Positions 9,829 through 19,474 of a DNA stretch of 64,000 nt are shown here, in pieces. Every line of letters starts with the position of its first letter. Position 1 is the stretch's first letter. Both the position numbers and the translations under genes were made by a program. Source of the stretch: Oscillospiraceae bacterium (GTDB taxonomy: Bacteria > Bacteroidota > Bacteroidia > Bacteroidales > WCHB1-69); assembly GCA_963603365.1 (NCBI GenBank), contig CAVCMI010000037.1, forward strand, positions 3,552-67,551. The letters run 5' to 3'. The notes under the pieces are model-generated. The model made no database searches and was not told the DNA's origin. It saw nothing but the letters and a program-made list of their open reading frames with translations.

Positions 9829-11049
9829 TTATTCTGAATCCCGGTTCTCGTGTGCCATTACGGGTAGAGGCTGGTCGATGACCTCGTGCCAGGGCAAGCC
9901 GTAGGCGCCGATTTCGGCCATAAACGGGTCTGGGTCGAACTGCTCCACGTTGAACACGCCGGTGCCTTTCCAGGTGCCGGTCAGTACCATCTTGGCGCAG
10001 AGCATGGCGGGCACCCCTGTGGTATAAGAAACGGCCTGCGCGCCGATTTCCCGGTAGCAGGCGGCGTGGTCGCAGTTGTTGTAGATATAATAGGTGCGGG
10101 GCTTGCCGTCCTTGACGCCGCTGATCTGGCAGCCGATGGAGGTTTGGCCATGGTAGCCTTCGCCGAGAGACGAGGGCTCGGGCAGCACGGCTTTCAGGAA
10201 CTGCAGCGGCACGATTTCCATGCCTTGATAGACAATCGGCTTGATGCTGGTCATGCCGACCTCCTGCAACACGTTAAGCACGGTGAGGTATTTCTGGCCG
10301 AATGTCATCCAGAAGCGGGCACGCTTGATGGTCGGGAAGCTCTTCACCAGCGATTCGAGCTCTTCATGATAGAGCAGGTACGACTCTCTTTCGCCGATGT
10401 CGGGATAGTTGACAGGGCGGTGCACCGACATGGGGTCAATCTCGACCCATTGGCCGTTTTCCCAGTATTTGCCGCGCTGGGTGATTTCGCGGATGTTGAT
10501 CTCGGGGTTGAAGTTCGTGGCGAAAGCTTTGCCGTGGTCGCCGGCGTTGCAGTCAACGATGTCGAGACAGTGCATCTCGTCAAAATGGTGTTTGGCAGCG
10601 TATGCCGTGTAGATGCTGGTGACGCCGGGGTCGAAGCCGCATCCCAGCAGCGCCATGATGCCGGCCTCTTTGAAACGGTCATGGTATGCCCACTGCCAGC
10701 TGTACTCGAACTTGGCCTTGTCGCGCGGCTCGTAGTTGGCCGTGTCCATGTAGTTGGTCCCGGTGGCCAGACAGGCGTCCATCAACGGGAGATCCTGATA
10801 GGGGAGCGCCACGTTGATCAGCAGGTCGGGGCGGCAACTTTCGATAAGCCGTACCGTCTCCTCGACATTGTCGGCGTCAACCCGGGCGGTTTTCACGTTC
10901 GCGTTCCCGGTCCGGGCGGCTATCTCGTCGCATTTTGACTTGGTGCGGGATGCAATCACGATTTCAGAGAACACTTCCGGCACGGAAGCGCACTTTTGTG
11001 CCACTACGGCCCCTACGCCTCCGGCACCTATGATAAGAACTTTTGCCAT
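9829..11049 (-). CDS. Saccharopine dehydrogenase family protein (carboxynorspermidine synthase/dehydrogenase-like)
   Basis: 406 aa. A Rossmann motif KVLIIGAGGVGAVVAQK is present, and the length and C-terminal domain fit the family. Confidence 0.85.
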   Translation of the reverse strand: MAKVLIIGAGGVGAVVAQKCASVPEVFSEIVIASRTKSKCDEIAARTGNANVKTARVDADNVEETVRLIESCRPDLLINVALPYQDLPLMDACLATGTNYMDTANYEPRDKAKFEYSWQWAYHDRFKEAGIMALLGCGFDPGVTSIYTAYAAKHHFDEMHCLDIVDCNAGDHGKAFATNFNPEINIREITQRGKYWENGQWVEIDPMSVHRPVNYPDIGERESYLLYHEELESLVKSFPTIKRARFWMTFGQKYLTVLNVLQEVGMTSIKPIVYQGMEIVPLQFLKAVLPEPSSLGEGYHGQTSIGCQISGVKDGKPRTYYIYNNCDHAACYREIGAQAVSYTTGVPAMLCAKMVLTGTWKGTGVFNVEQFDPDPFMAEIGAYGLPWHEVIDQPLPVMAHENRDSE

Positions 11050-11271
11050 AACAATGTATTTCTCGTTTTTTTGTTTGAAAGCGGCAAAAATACGATATTA
11101 TCCTGAATGCGCCCTCATCAGAATCGTTTTTTTAGCCCCGATGGCTTACGCCGTGGCGTCATGCCCCCTAATATTTCACAAAGCCGCACAAGGCATTGCG
11201 CATTTTCAGATTTTTTGTTATCTTTGCCGCTCTAAATCACATACGGGCAATAACAACTAACATGAACTGAT

Positions 11272-11616
11272 ATGATAAAGATGCAGCTGGACATGGAAGA
11301 CGTCCATGTCGAAAACACAGGGAACATAGCCGGAACGATGGACAAGCAAATCATACTTACGCCTCCGGAGATGTTCGGAATGGCAAAGATGTTCGCAAAG
11401 ATCACCCTTAAGCCCGGCAGCATGATCAAGGAGCATGCCCATACGGACGATGCGGAAGCCTATTATATCCTGCAGGGCGAAGCCGTGGTCAACGACGGCG
11501 GCGAGCCTCGGGAGCTCCGGGCTGGCGACGCCGTCTTTACGGGGCACGGCAACGCGCACAGCATCGAGAACAAAACGGAAGAAGATGTCGTTTTTCTGGC
11601 CGTGATCTTCAAATAA
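11272..11616 (+). CDS. Cupin domain protein
   Basis: 114 aa with cupin motifs KEHAHTDDAEAYYILQGEAVV and GDAVFTGHGNAHSIEN. A TATCTTTG box lies at 11219-11226. Confidence 0.7.
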   Translation: MIKMQLDMEDVHVENTGNIAGTMDKQIILTPPEMFGMAKMFAKITLKPGSMIKEHAHTDDAEAYYILQGEAVVNDGGEPRELRAGDAVFTGHGNAHSIENKTEEDVVFLAVIFK

Positions 11617-11767
11617 GAATACAAACGCATGACAGTCAATACAATCGCTTGTCCGGGAAATATGGCATGGATGCCGCCAATGGCGTCGTCTCCGCCTGTG
11701 TCTCCGGATGCCGGTGGCTTTGTGCAAGACTCAACCGTATCCTGACTAATCATTTAAGAATACAACT

Positions 11768-13327
11768 ATGGGCTTTTCATTGGAACTTTTGCTGCTGGTC
11801 ATTTCCATACTCTTCTTCGCCAGCATTATCATCAGCAAGGCAGGCAGCCGGTTCGGCGTGCCCGCCCTTTTGCTTTTCTTGGGGGTCGGCATGCTGTTCG
11901 GCAGCGACGGCCTCGGCATCCATTTCGAGAACATCCGCATCGCTCACGTGGTAGGCACCATTTCCCTCTGCATCATCCTCTTCTCCGGCGGCATGGATAC
12001 GAAAATCAGCGACATAAAGCCGATTCTGGCGCAAGGCGTGATTTTGGCCACGGTCGGCGTGCTGCTGACAGCGCTTTCCACAGGGCTGCTCATCTGGTTC
12101 ATATTGGGCAAGACGATGGCCTCGGCCGGGGTGGGGCTGCTCACCTCGCTGCTGCTCGCCGCCACGATGTCGTCAACCGACTCGGCCTCGGTGTTTTCGA
12201 TCCTGCGCTCGCGCGGACTCAACCTCAAGCATAACCTCCAGCCGACGCTGGAACTTGAGAGCGGCAGCAACGACCCTATGGCTTACGTGCTGACCATCAC
12301 GCTCATCGGAATCATCAAGCAGGGCACCGCCCCCAATTACGGCATGGCTGTGCTGATGGTGTTCGTACAACTGGTAGTCGGCGCCGCCGCAGGCATCTTG
12401 CTTGGGAAAGGAATTGTGTTTATCATCAATAAATTGCGTATCGGTAACGCTTCTCTGCACCCGATACTGGTGTTGAGCGCCTGTGTCTTCATCTTCGCCT
12501 CTACCTATTTTATAAAAGGGAACAGCTACTTGGCGGTCTATATTGGCGGCCTGGTGGTGGGCAACGCCAAGTTTGTGCACAAACGCTCTACGCGCAATTT
12601 CTTCGACGGTCTGACATGGCTTTGCCAGCTGCTGATGTTCTTGACGCTTGGCTTGCTGGTGAATCCAAAGGAACTGGGCGACATTGCCGTGCCAGCTCTG
12701 CTGATCAGCGTGTGCATGATTTTCATAACCCGGCCGCTGAGTGTCTTCCTCTCGCTGCTGCCGTTCCGCAAGATGTCTCTCGCCGACAAGACTTTCATCT
12801 CGTGGGTCGGGCTACGCGGCGCCGTGCCGATCATCTTCGCTATCATGACCCTCTCCGAGGGCGTGCCCCAAGCGCGGCTCATTTTCAACATCGTGTTCTT
12901 CTGCACGCTGGTGTCGCTGGTCGTGCAAGGCACAACGCTTCCGCTGATGGCACGCTGGCTCGGGGTGTCCGAAAAACCGAAGCAGTCCGGCGGCCTCCAG
13001 AATTTCGACGTGGAATTTCAAGAGGAGATCAAGTCCGCCACCTCCGAGTTTGAGATTACCGACGAGGTGCTGCGTCACGGCAATACGCTGATGGACTTGG
13101 CCATGCCCGAAAAGACTCTCGTGATTATGGTGAAACGGGGCGATAATTTCTTCGTGCCTACGGGAAAGACCCTGCTGAAAAAAGGCGACCGCCTTATGGT
13201 GCTCTCCGACAATACGGATGCCCTGCGCCAAACTTACGAGAAACTTGAGGTGGCTGTGCCGGAAAATGAAGAGAAACAGCCCCTGCTCGACAAGCTTTTC
13301 TTCGGCAAGGACAAGATGAAGGCCTGA
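11768..13327 (+). CDS. Potassium/proton antiporter (CPA1 family, NhaP2/CvrA-like) with a C-terminal TrkA-C domain
   Basis: 519 aa. About 12 TM segments are followed by the soluble segment VKRGDNFFVPTGKTLLKKGDRLMVL. Confidence 0.9.
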   Translation: MGFSLELLLLVISILFFASIIISKAGSRFGVPALLLFLGVGMLFGSDGLGIHFENIRIAHVVGTISLCIILFSGGMDTKISDIKPILAQGVILATVGVLLTALSTGLLIWFILGKTMASAGVGLLTSLLLAATMSSTDSASVFSILRSRGLNLKHNLQPTLELESGSNDPMAYVLTITLIGIIKQGTAPNYGMAVLMVFVQLVVGAAAGILLGKGIVFIINKLRIGNASLHPILVLSACVFIFASTYFIKGNSYLAVYIGGLVVGNAKFVHKRSTRNFFDGLTWLCQLLMFLTLGLLVNPKELGDIAVPALLISVCMIFITRPLSVFLSLLPFRKMSLADKTFISWVGLRGAVPIIFAIMTLSEGVPQARLIFNIVFFCTLVSLVVQGTTLPLMARWLGVSEKPKQSGGLQNFDVEFQEEIKSATSEFEITDEVLRHGNTLMDLAMPEKTLVIMVKRGDNFFVPTGKTLLKKGDRLMVLSDNTDALRQTYEKLEVAVPENEEKQPLLDKLFFGKDKMKA

Positions 13328-13420
13328 AAAAAAAGAAAAAAAACGAAGACGAGCCGTGGACTTGATTATTTATGTATTTTTGAGCCCTCAAATGAATTTA
13401 TTAAACAAACCAGATTTATT

Positions 13421-15082
13421 ATGAAAAAATTATCCTTGCTTTTAGTTGCCTTCGCGCTTTCTTTCTGCGCAAAAGCACAATTGGACGACTACTCCATCGC
13501 TCCCGACTTCTCGCTCTATGAGATTGACAAGACAAACGGGAACATCATCTCCACCAATCCTTACACGGTTTACCAATATACGGATGCCGGGAAGTGTGTG
13601 TTCCTCGATTTCTTTGCGACATGGTGCGGACCATGCTGGAGTTACCATAATACCGGGGCTTTTGAGAGCCTTTATTCCCAATACGGTCCGGACGGCACCA
13701 ACGAAGTGATGGTGTTCGGCATTGAAGGCTCATACGGAAACTATGCAAGTTTGAGCGGCACCGGAGCGGACGCCGCAGGGAGCCAGACCCAGGGCAACTG
13801 GCTTCAAGGTGTTGAATATCCTATCCTTCCTACCCGAATGAGCCCCAACACAAGTGCTGCGGTTTCGGCTTACAGTATCGGCTATTTCCCGACCATTTAT
13901 ATGGTTTGCCCCAATCGCACGGTGTTTGAAGTCGGGCAGAAATCTGCAGCAAACCTCTATGCCGCCACCACTTCGGTGTGCCCGCAGTACGATATGACAT
14001 TAGACAACAACGCCATGCTGCTGAAAGTGGAAGGCCTCAATCCGATGTATTACGCCGCCTCCGTTACGGAAACTCCTGTCGTCACTTTGCAGAACGTGGG
14101 CAACAATGCCCTCACATCCGCTGATTTCACTATCACGTTAGACGGCCAAACCACCCAGTACTCCTGGACCGGAAACCTCGCCAAATATGCAACTGCACTG
14201 GTTACGCTTCCGCAGGTGAGCACGTCTTCCAACGGTGAACACGCTTACAGCGTTACATTGGTTAACGTGAACGGCCAGGCAGATGCCGATACCGCAAACG
14301 GTACGTTCGCCACATCTTTCCTGATACAGAATGTCGGCACAACCGCTGATATTGATGAGGCTTTCTCTAACGGGATTCCCGGCGATTGGTATTCCGAGTA
14401 TGGGATTATGGGCCTGTATGACGGCGCACTCTATTTCTTCGGATATGGTTTGTCGGCAGGAGAAAAAGAGAATCTATACATGCCGCTGATGGATCTTACC
14501 CGCTTCCAGCACCCCGTCCTGAAATTCGACTTGGCTTACAAAATGTACAATGCAAGTGCCAAGGAGAGACTGAAAGTCCAAGGTTCTACCAATTTAGGCA
14601 CGACCTATGCGACACTCTACAACAAGAGCGGCGCAGATTTGGCTACCGTTTCGGGCTACACTACTTCACAATACATTCCTGAGGCTAACGACTGGCGTAC
14701 CGAGACTGTTGACCTGATGGAACTTGCATCGGGCGGAGATGTCTCTACCCTTAACAGCGTCCTTTTGAGATTTGCCTTCGTCAGCGGATACGGAAACATC
14801 GTATGGATCGACAATGTGCGGGTGGTTGAAGGCGTAGGCATCGATGATGCTGAACTGGCAAGCCTCGAAATCTATCCGAATCCTACTTCCGGCCTGCTGA
14901 ACATCAACAGCCCCGAAGAGATTGACCAGGTCCAGATCCTCAACTTGCAGGGCCAGCAGATCCGTTCAGAGAACGGTAACGTCAGAACACTCTCTCTGAC
15001 AGACCTCTCCAGCGGAGTATATATGCTGAAAGTCATCACCAAGAGCGGCGCTTCTTCTATGCAGAAAATCGTGAAAGAGTAA
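13421..15082 (+). CDS. T9SS-sorted secreted protein with an N-terminal thioredoxin-fold domain and a choice-of-anchor-J/MAM-like domain
   Basis: Signal peptide MKKLSLLLVAFALSFCAKAQ. The redox motif is FFATWCGPCW. The C-terminal Por sorting domain is EIYPNPTSGLLNI...GVYMLKVITKSGASSMQKIVKE. A TATTTTTG box lies at 13375-13382. Confidence 0.85.
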   Translation: MKKLSLLLVAFALSFCAKAQLDDYSIAPDFSLYEIDKTNGNIISTNPYTVYQYTDAGKCVFLDFFATWCGPCWSYHNTGAFESLYSQYGPDGTNEVMVFGIEGSYGNYASLSGTGADAAGSQTQGNWLQGVEYPILPTRMSPNTSAAVSAYSIGYFPTIYMVCPNRTVFEVGQKSAANLYAATTSVCPQYDMTLDNNAMLLKVEGLNPMYYAASVTETPVVTLQNVGNNALTSADFTITLDGQTTQYSWTGNLAKYATALVTLPQVSTSSNGEHAYSVTLVNVNGQADADTANGTFATSFLIQNVGTTADIDEAFSNGIPGDWYSEYGIMGLYDGALYFFGYGLSAGEKENLYMPLMDLTRFQHPVLKFDLAYKMYNASAKERLKVQGSTNLGTTYATLYNKSGADLATVSGYTTSQYIPEANDWRTETVDLMELASGGDVSTLNSVLLRFAFVSGYGNIVWIDNVRVVEGVGIDDAELASLEIYPNPTSGLLNINSPEEIDQVQILNLQGQQIRSENGNVRTLSLTDLSSGVYMLKVITKSGASSMQKIVKE

Positions 15083-15180
15083 TGATAATGAACTTTTTTG
15101 CTGTGCCTGCTTAAACCTTCCGGCAAAACAGACATCTGCAATGTGTTTTTATTATTAATCACTAAAATTAAAGAATTACG

Positions 15181-15762
15181 ATGAAAAGATTATTTGTATT
15201 GTTCAGCCTCTGTGCTGTTCTGGCTGCAGGCTCTTCTGTACAGGCACAATGCACAAAAGATGCTAACAAATGCCAAAAGGAAAACAATGAGTGTGGAAAA
15301 AAATGCCATCCCAGCCTGATGACTCCCGCCACCGTGGATCTTCTCAAGGAAGCTTACTTGAAAGAGAACCTCAAACTTAACGACAATCAAAAGGACGCTT
15401 TCTGGAAATCCTACAACAAATACGGCGAAGCCCAAAAGCAAGCGGCAGAGAACAAGAAACAGGCAATGTTGAAAGCCGGCTTCTCCGGAGCTTGCTGCAA
15501 AATGGACACGGTGAAGCCTACTGACGAGAAAATCGTGGCTTGCCACAACATCAAGTTGGAATACCAACAGGCATTGCTCAAGGCTGAACAGACTTTCTTC
15601 AACGAGATTTCAAAGAACCTCTCAAAAGAACAGATTGCCCAATACATCCGTCTTGAAAAGGGCTTTGAAATGGAGATGAAAGGGCTGATGAAGAAAGACT
15701 GCTGCAAAAAGGGAGAGAACAGCCCCGCTCAACAAAAGCACGGCGGCTGCCACGGCAGATAG
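15181..15762 (+). CDS. Secreted Cys/His-rich helical protein of unknown function (possibly a Spy/CpxP-like periplasmic protein)
   Basis: Signal peptide MKRLFVLFSLCAVLAAGSSVQAQ. Cys clusters sit at both ends (CTKDANKCQKENNECGKKCH ... DCCKKGENSPAQQKHGGCHGR). The core is helical and K/E/Q-rich. A terminator follows. Confidence 0.6.
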   Translation: MKRLFVLFSLCAVLAAGSSVQAQCTKDANKCQKENNECGKKCHPSLMTPATVDLLKEAYLKENLKLNDNQKDAFWKSYNKYGEAQKQAAENKKQAMLKAGFSGACCKMDTVKPTDEKIVACHNIKLEYQQALLKAEQTFFNEISKNLSKEQIAQYIRLEKGFEMEMKGLMKKDCCKKGENSPAQQKHGGCHGR

Positions 15763-15783
15763 TCCTCTCAAACCTTAATCCCC

Positions 15784-15821
15784 AAAAGGCTGTACGGAAA
15801 CATCTCCTTACAGCCTTTTTT
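15784..15821 (+). terminator. Rho-independent terminator
   Basis: Stem aaaaggctgta/tacagcctttt with a 14-nt loop, ending in a T run. Confidence 0.65.
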
Positions 15822-15978
15822 ATAAGAACAACGTCAACGAGACCATGGCGCATTGTCTGTCACTGAATGCAATCGTGCGGTTTTCCACGTGTTTTTCCAT
15901 CAAAATCTCATTTAAAGGTCAGCAATGAAAAAAAATGTATATTTGCAGCCTGATATAAACTATAACCAATAATATATT

Positions 15979-17082
15979 ATGAAAAGAAATTCTTTAGCGG
16001 TCAGTTTAGTTGGGATTTTCATCCTTTTGTTTTGCGTTACAGCAAGTTATGCACAATGTGACGGTTCTGGGAGCAGCCATCTTTATGTTAAAGGGAAACA
16101 GAACAACGCCTGTAAGTCAGGTTTTGCATTGGTGAAAGCCGACTCTAACGGCCAGCACACGACTCCTACGGCAGCCCTGACACTTCCCACATTCAAGGGC
16201 GGGAACAAGGAAATGTGCCGCTATATCAACAAGGAAAAAGTGTATCCGGCCAACCTGAAAAGCCAACGTGTCTCCGGCACTGCCACAGTGCAGGCTGTTG
16301 TGAAAGCCGACAGCACCCTTTCCGACATTCAGGTGGTGAAGAGTTCCGGCTATCAGGAATTTGACGACGAGGCAATCCGCATTGTGAAGTCTTTCCCGAA
16401 AATGAGACCGGCAACCCAGAGCTGCGAGAGCCAAGACATGACCGTGCAATTCCCGGTGATTTTCAATATAGAGGAAGAAGATGCACGCGACAAGAAAAAG
16501 GCTGAAATGGCTGAAACGAAAGCGCTTCAAGACGAGATTGACAAGGTTTCTCCCATAGCGCTTTATTTTGACAACGACCAACCGGACCCGGGTACCGTAA
16601 AGGAAACGACCAACAAGGATTTCATGGCTCTCTATGATAACTATAAGGGCAAGAAAGATGTCTATGCCCAGAAGTCCGGCAACAATGCCCAGGCCAAGTC
16701 TGCCATCGCCTCGTTTTTTGACAATGAAGTGGCAGGCGGCAAAGACAGACTCGTTAAGGTGACAAGATACATTGCTGACGCGCTTTCAAAGGGCAAGACG
16801 GTTTCGTTCAACATCAGCGGATACGCCAGTCCGCTGAGCGGCAAGGATTACAACAAGCATCTTTCCGCCCGCCGCATCGAAAGCATCCTCAATTACATGA
16901 AAACAGCAGAAGGCGGTGTGCTCGAACCTTACATCACCGGTCAGAAGCCAGGACTCAGCATCTATAAGAACGCTTGCGGCTCAACCACAGCCAAAGGCGA
17001 CAATTCAGCTGTAAAGGGCGTTTATGGCCTCGAAGCCGCCAAGGACAGAAGAATTGTCATCGACAACATCGTGGTCCGCTAA
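15979..17082 (+). CDS. TonB C-terminal-domain protein with an additional C-terminal OmpA-like region
   Basis: A signal peptide is present. The TonB_C-like segment is YPANLKSQRVSGTATVQAVVKADSTLSDIQVVKSSGYQEFDDEAIRIVKSFPKMRPA. The C-terminal part VSFNISGYASPLSGKDYNKHLSARRIESILNYM is OmpA-like. A TATATTTG box lies at 15938-15945. Confidence 0.7.
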   Translation: MKRNSLAVSLVGIFILLFCVTASYAQCDGSGSSHLYVKGKQNNACKSGFALVKADSNGQHTTPTAALTLPTFKGGNKEMCRYINKEKVYPANLKSQRVSGTATVQAVVKADSTLSDIQVVKSSGYQEFDDEAIRIVKSFPKMRPATQSCESQDMTVQFPVIFNIEEEDARDKKKAEMAETKALQDEIDKVSPIALYFDNDQPDPGTVKETTNKDFMALYDNYKGKKDVYAQKSGNNAQAKSAIASFFDNEVAGGKDRLVKVTRYIADALSKGKTVSFNISGYASPLSGKDYNKHLSARRIESILNYMKTAEGGVLEPYITGQKPGLSIYKNACGSTTAKGDNSAVKGVYGLEAAKDRRIVIDNIVVR

Positions 17083-17122
17083 ACGGACAGAGATTTGAAC
17101 GCCTGACTGTATATCAGAAAAT

Positions 17123-17146
17123 AAGCCCTGTTATGGGCTTTTTTTT
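17123..17146 (+). terminator. Rho-independent terminator
   Basis: aagccc tgttat gggctt followed by T8. Confidence 0.65.
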
Positions 17147-17147
17147 G

Positions 17148-17155
17148 TATTTTTG
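17148..17155 (+). promoter_or_regulatory. -7 box TATTTTTG for the TPR gene
   Basis: An exact TAnnTTTG match overlaps the track's 17153 start, which argues for the ATG at 17174. Confidence 0.45.
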
Positions 17156-17173
17156 CAGCCTTTATTTGACAAT

Positions 17174-18667
17174 ATGGCATCTATTGATAGCAACGATTTT
17201 ATGGAAGCGGAATATTTAGCCCGCAAGTTCAAACAGGCCGTTGACGCCAACAAGCCCGTTTTCCTGGATAGCGAAGAAGTGCAGACGGTGGTTGACTACT
17301 ATATGAACATCGCCCCCGACAATATCGATTATGCCTCAAAAGCTATCGTATATGGACTGAAGCATTACCCGGTTGACCCTTACCTGCGACTCTGCCGGTT
17401 CAGATTGTTCCTGTACAATTACAATTTCGAAGAAGCAGAAAAGGAACTGGACTACGTGGCCGCCCACTGCGAACTGGTGCCCGATTTTTATATGGAAAAG
17501 GCCCGTCTTGCCCGCATCCGCTGCGAGGCGGACAAAACGATTCCGCTCCTCAAGAAATCACTTGCCATGGATGATGCCAATTCGGAAGCCCATTTTATGC
17601 TTGCACAAGAGTATGTGCTGATCGGGAAAAAGGATGAAGCCGTCGCACATACCGTTAAGGCTATTGAGGTCGATAAACTGTCTGAAGACGAACTGAAAGA
17701 TATTATCCCTAACTTTTTGGGACAAATCCAAGACGACTTGAATCCGATTTACTACGATGCTTTTGTGGAGTACTTCAAAGATATGACTGAAATCATGCCT
17801 CTGGTCAGCTCCTTTTGGGAAGGCCTCGGCAGAGCATACCTGATCCGCGGAGACTTTAAACTCTGTTACGATGATTATGCGAACGCCCTTGCGTCGTTTC
17901 AGTATCAACAGTCTTTGGATGAGGACAGTGCGACGGTTGTTCCCTACATTGCCGATGCTTATTTCGGCATGAAGGAGTACCGCAAGGCTATAAGTTGCTA
18001 CGAAGTGGCCGTCAAAGCCAATCCGGACCTTGATCTTGACTTTGACTTAGGCCGTTGCTACCTTGGTTTGAATGAATATACAACGGCTTTACACTATTTT
18101 CTCAAGGCATTGCACCAAGATACGGGTCCAGTTCTCACCATACTCATCATCGAGTATGTTGTCGATATTCTGACAACCTTGGACAAGTATGACGAAGCGC
18201 GCGCATTTCTTCGCAAATGTCTCGCCACTTTAAAGGATGGCACTCCGGTCACCATTAGAGAACTTATTACCCTGTTGAAACCTGCCGCCGATTATGAAGA
18301 ACTCCATGAACTCTGCCTTAAAGCAATAGAGTTGTCTCTTGAAACAGACAATGACCTTCATTTTTTCTTCACATTCATAGTTGTGTACTGCTATGAAGAG
18401 GATTGTCCTGACTTGGGACTCGAACTGTGCACACGCCATTCCGACCATGCGTCGCTGCAGCACAGCATCCACTATTTCCAGTCCTTGCTATACTTGAAGA
18501 AAGGGTGCTTTTCAGAAGCGTTCCGCCATCTTGAGACGGCTCTTTCGTTTGACAATACCCGTATGGGCGTCGACTTTCTCGACGTGGATGAAAACTTGAG
18601 GAATATTCCCGAAGTAATAAGGTTAATGAAGCAGTATGAGGCCGACAAGTACATTGATTTCCGCTAA
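17174..18667 (+). CDS. Tetratricopeptide-repeat protein
   Basis: About 497 aa, all helical, with repeated TPR-like units (e.g. AHFMLAQEYVLIGKKDEAVAHTVKAIEVD and GRCYLGLNEYTTALHYFLKAL). The start was moved to MASIDSN because the promoter box covers 17153. Confidence 0.75.
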   Translation: MASIDSNDFMEAEYLARKFKQAVDANKPVFLDSEEVQTVVDYYMNIAPDNIDYASKAIVYGLKHYPVDPYLRLCRFRLFLYNYNFEEAEKELDYVAAHCELVPDFYMEKARLARIRCEADKTIPLLKKSLAMDDANSEAHFMLAQEYVLIGKKDEAVAHTVKAIEVDKLSEDELKDIIPNFLGQIQDDLNPIYYDAFVEYFKDMTEIMPLVSSFWEGLGRAYLIRGDFKLCYDDYANALASFQYQQSLDEDSATVVPYIADAYFGMKEYRKAISCYEVAVKANPDLDLDFDLGRCYLGLNEYTTALHYFLKALHQDTGPVLTILIIEYVVDILTTLDKYDEARAFLRKCLATLKDGTPVTIRELITLLKPAADYEELHELCLKAIELSLETDNDLHFFFTFIVVYCYEEDCPDLGLELCTRHSDHASLQHSIHYFQSLLYLKKGCFSEAFRHLETALSFDNTRMGVDFLDVDENLRNIPEVIRLMKQYEADKYIDFR

Positions 18668-18679
18668 ACAAACAAACTG

Positions 18680-19474
18680 ATGATAAAAAAAGCATTATGC
18701 CTCTCTTTTTTGCTTTTGATTGCTGGTTTTTGCGCAATGGGCAAAGATACCGCAGTCTCTGAAACAGAGGTTCAAACACCGACGGATTCTTCCATCACCG
18801 ACCGGGTGATCAGTTGGTACAACCAGCATCTCAACTATGGAACGATTACCTTGCTGATGACGATAGAGAGTTCGTTCATACCTTTCCCATCCGAAGTTGT
18901 GGTTCCGCCTGCCGCCTATCAGGCCTGCAACGAGGACAATCCCGCATTATACAAGACGGATTCCAAAATCATAAATGTCCTGTTTGTCGTTCTCTTTTCC
19001 ACACTCGGCGCACTGTCAGGCGCCTTAGTCAACTATTTCCTGGCCTTGTTCTTAGGACGTCCCATCATTTACTGGTTCGCAGACAGCAAGGTGGGACATC
19101 TGTTGATGCTTGACAGCGAGAAGATAAAAAAGGCGGAGGCCTATTTTGTGAAACATGGCAAGAGCTCGACGCTGATAGGACGCCTTATTCCGGCCATCAG
19201 GCAGTTGATTTCAATACCTGCCGGACTTGCCCGCATGAACCTCGGCGTGTTCGTGCTGTTCACGGCTTTGGGTGCGACACTATGGAATATCATCCTTGCA
19301 CTTCTGGGCTATCTGGCACATGGTCAGCAAGACTTGATAGACAAATACAACGGCGAACTGAAGGTAGTTTTGTGGGGTCTGTGTATAGCGTTTGTGGCCT
19401 ATCTGGTCTATAAGGGCGTGAAATCATCGCGTTCCGCCAAGAAGTCTGCCGACGACACTGCCGCCCAAGCATGA
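18680..19474 (+). CDS. DedA family (SNARE-associated) membrane protein
   Basis: 264 aa. The DedA motif is IGRLIPAIRQLISIPAGLARMN, with several TM segments. Confidence 0.85.
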   Translation: MIKKALCLSFLLLIAGFCAMGKDTAVSETEVQTPTDSSITDRVISWYNQHLNYGTITLLMTIESSFIPFPSEVVVPPAAYQACNEDNPALYKTDSKIINVLFVVLFSTLGALSGALVNYFLALFLGRPIIYWFADSKVGHLLMLDSEKIKKAEAYFVKHGKSSTLIGRLIPAIRQLISIPAGLARMNLGVFVLFTALGATLWNIILALLGYLAHGQQDLIDKYNGELKVVLWGLCIAFVAYLVYKGVKSSRSAKKSADDTAAQA

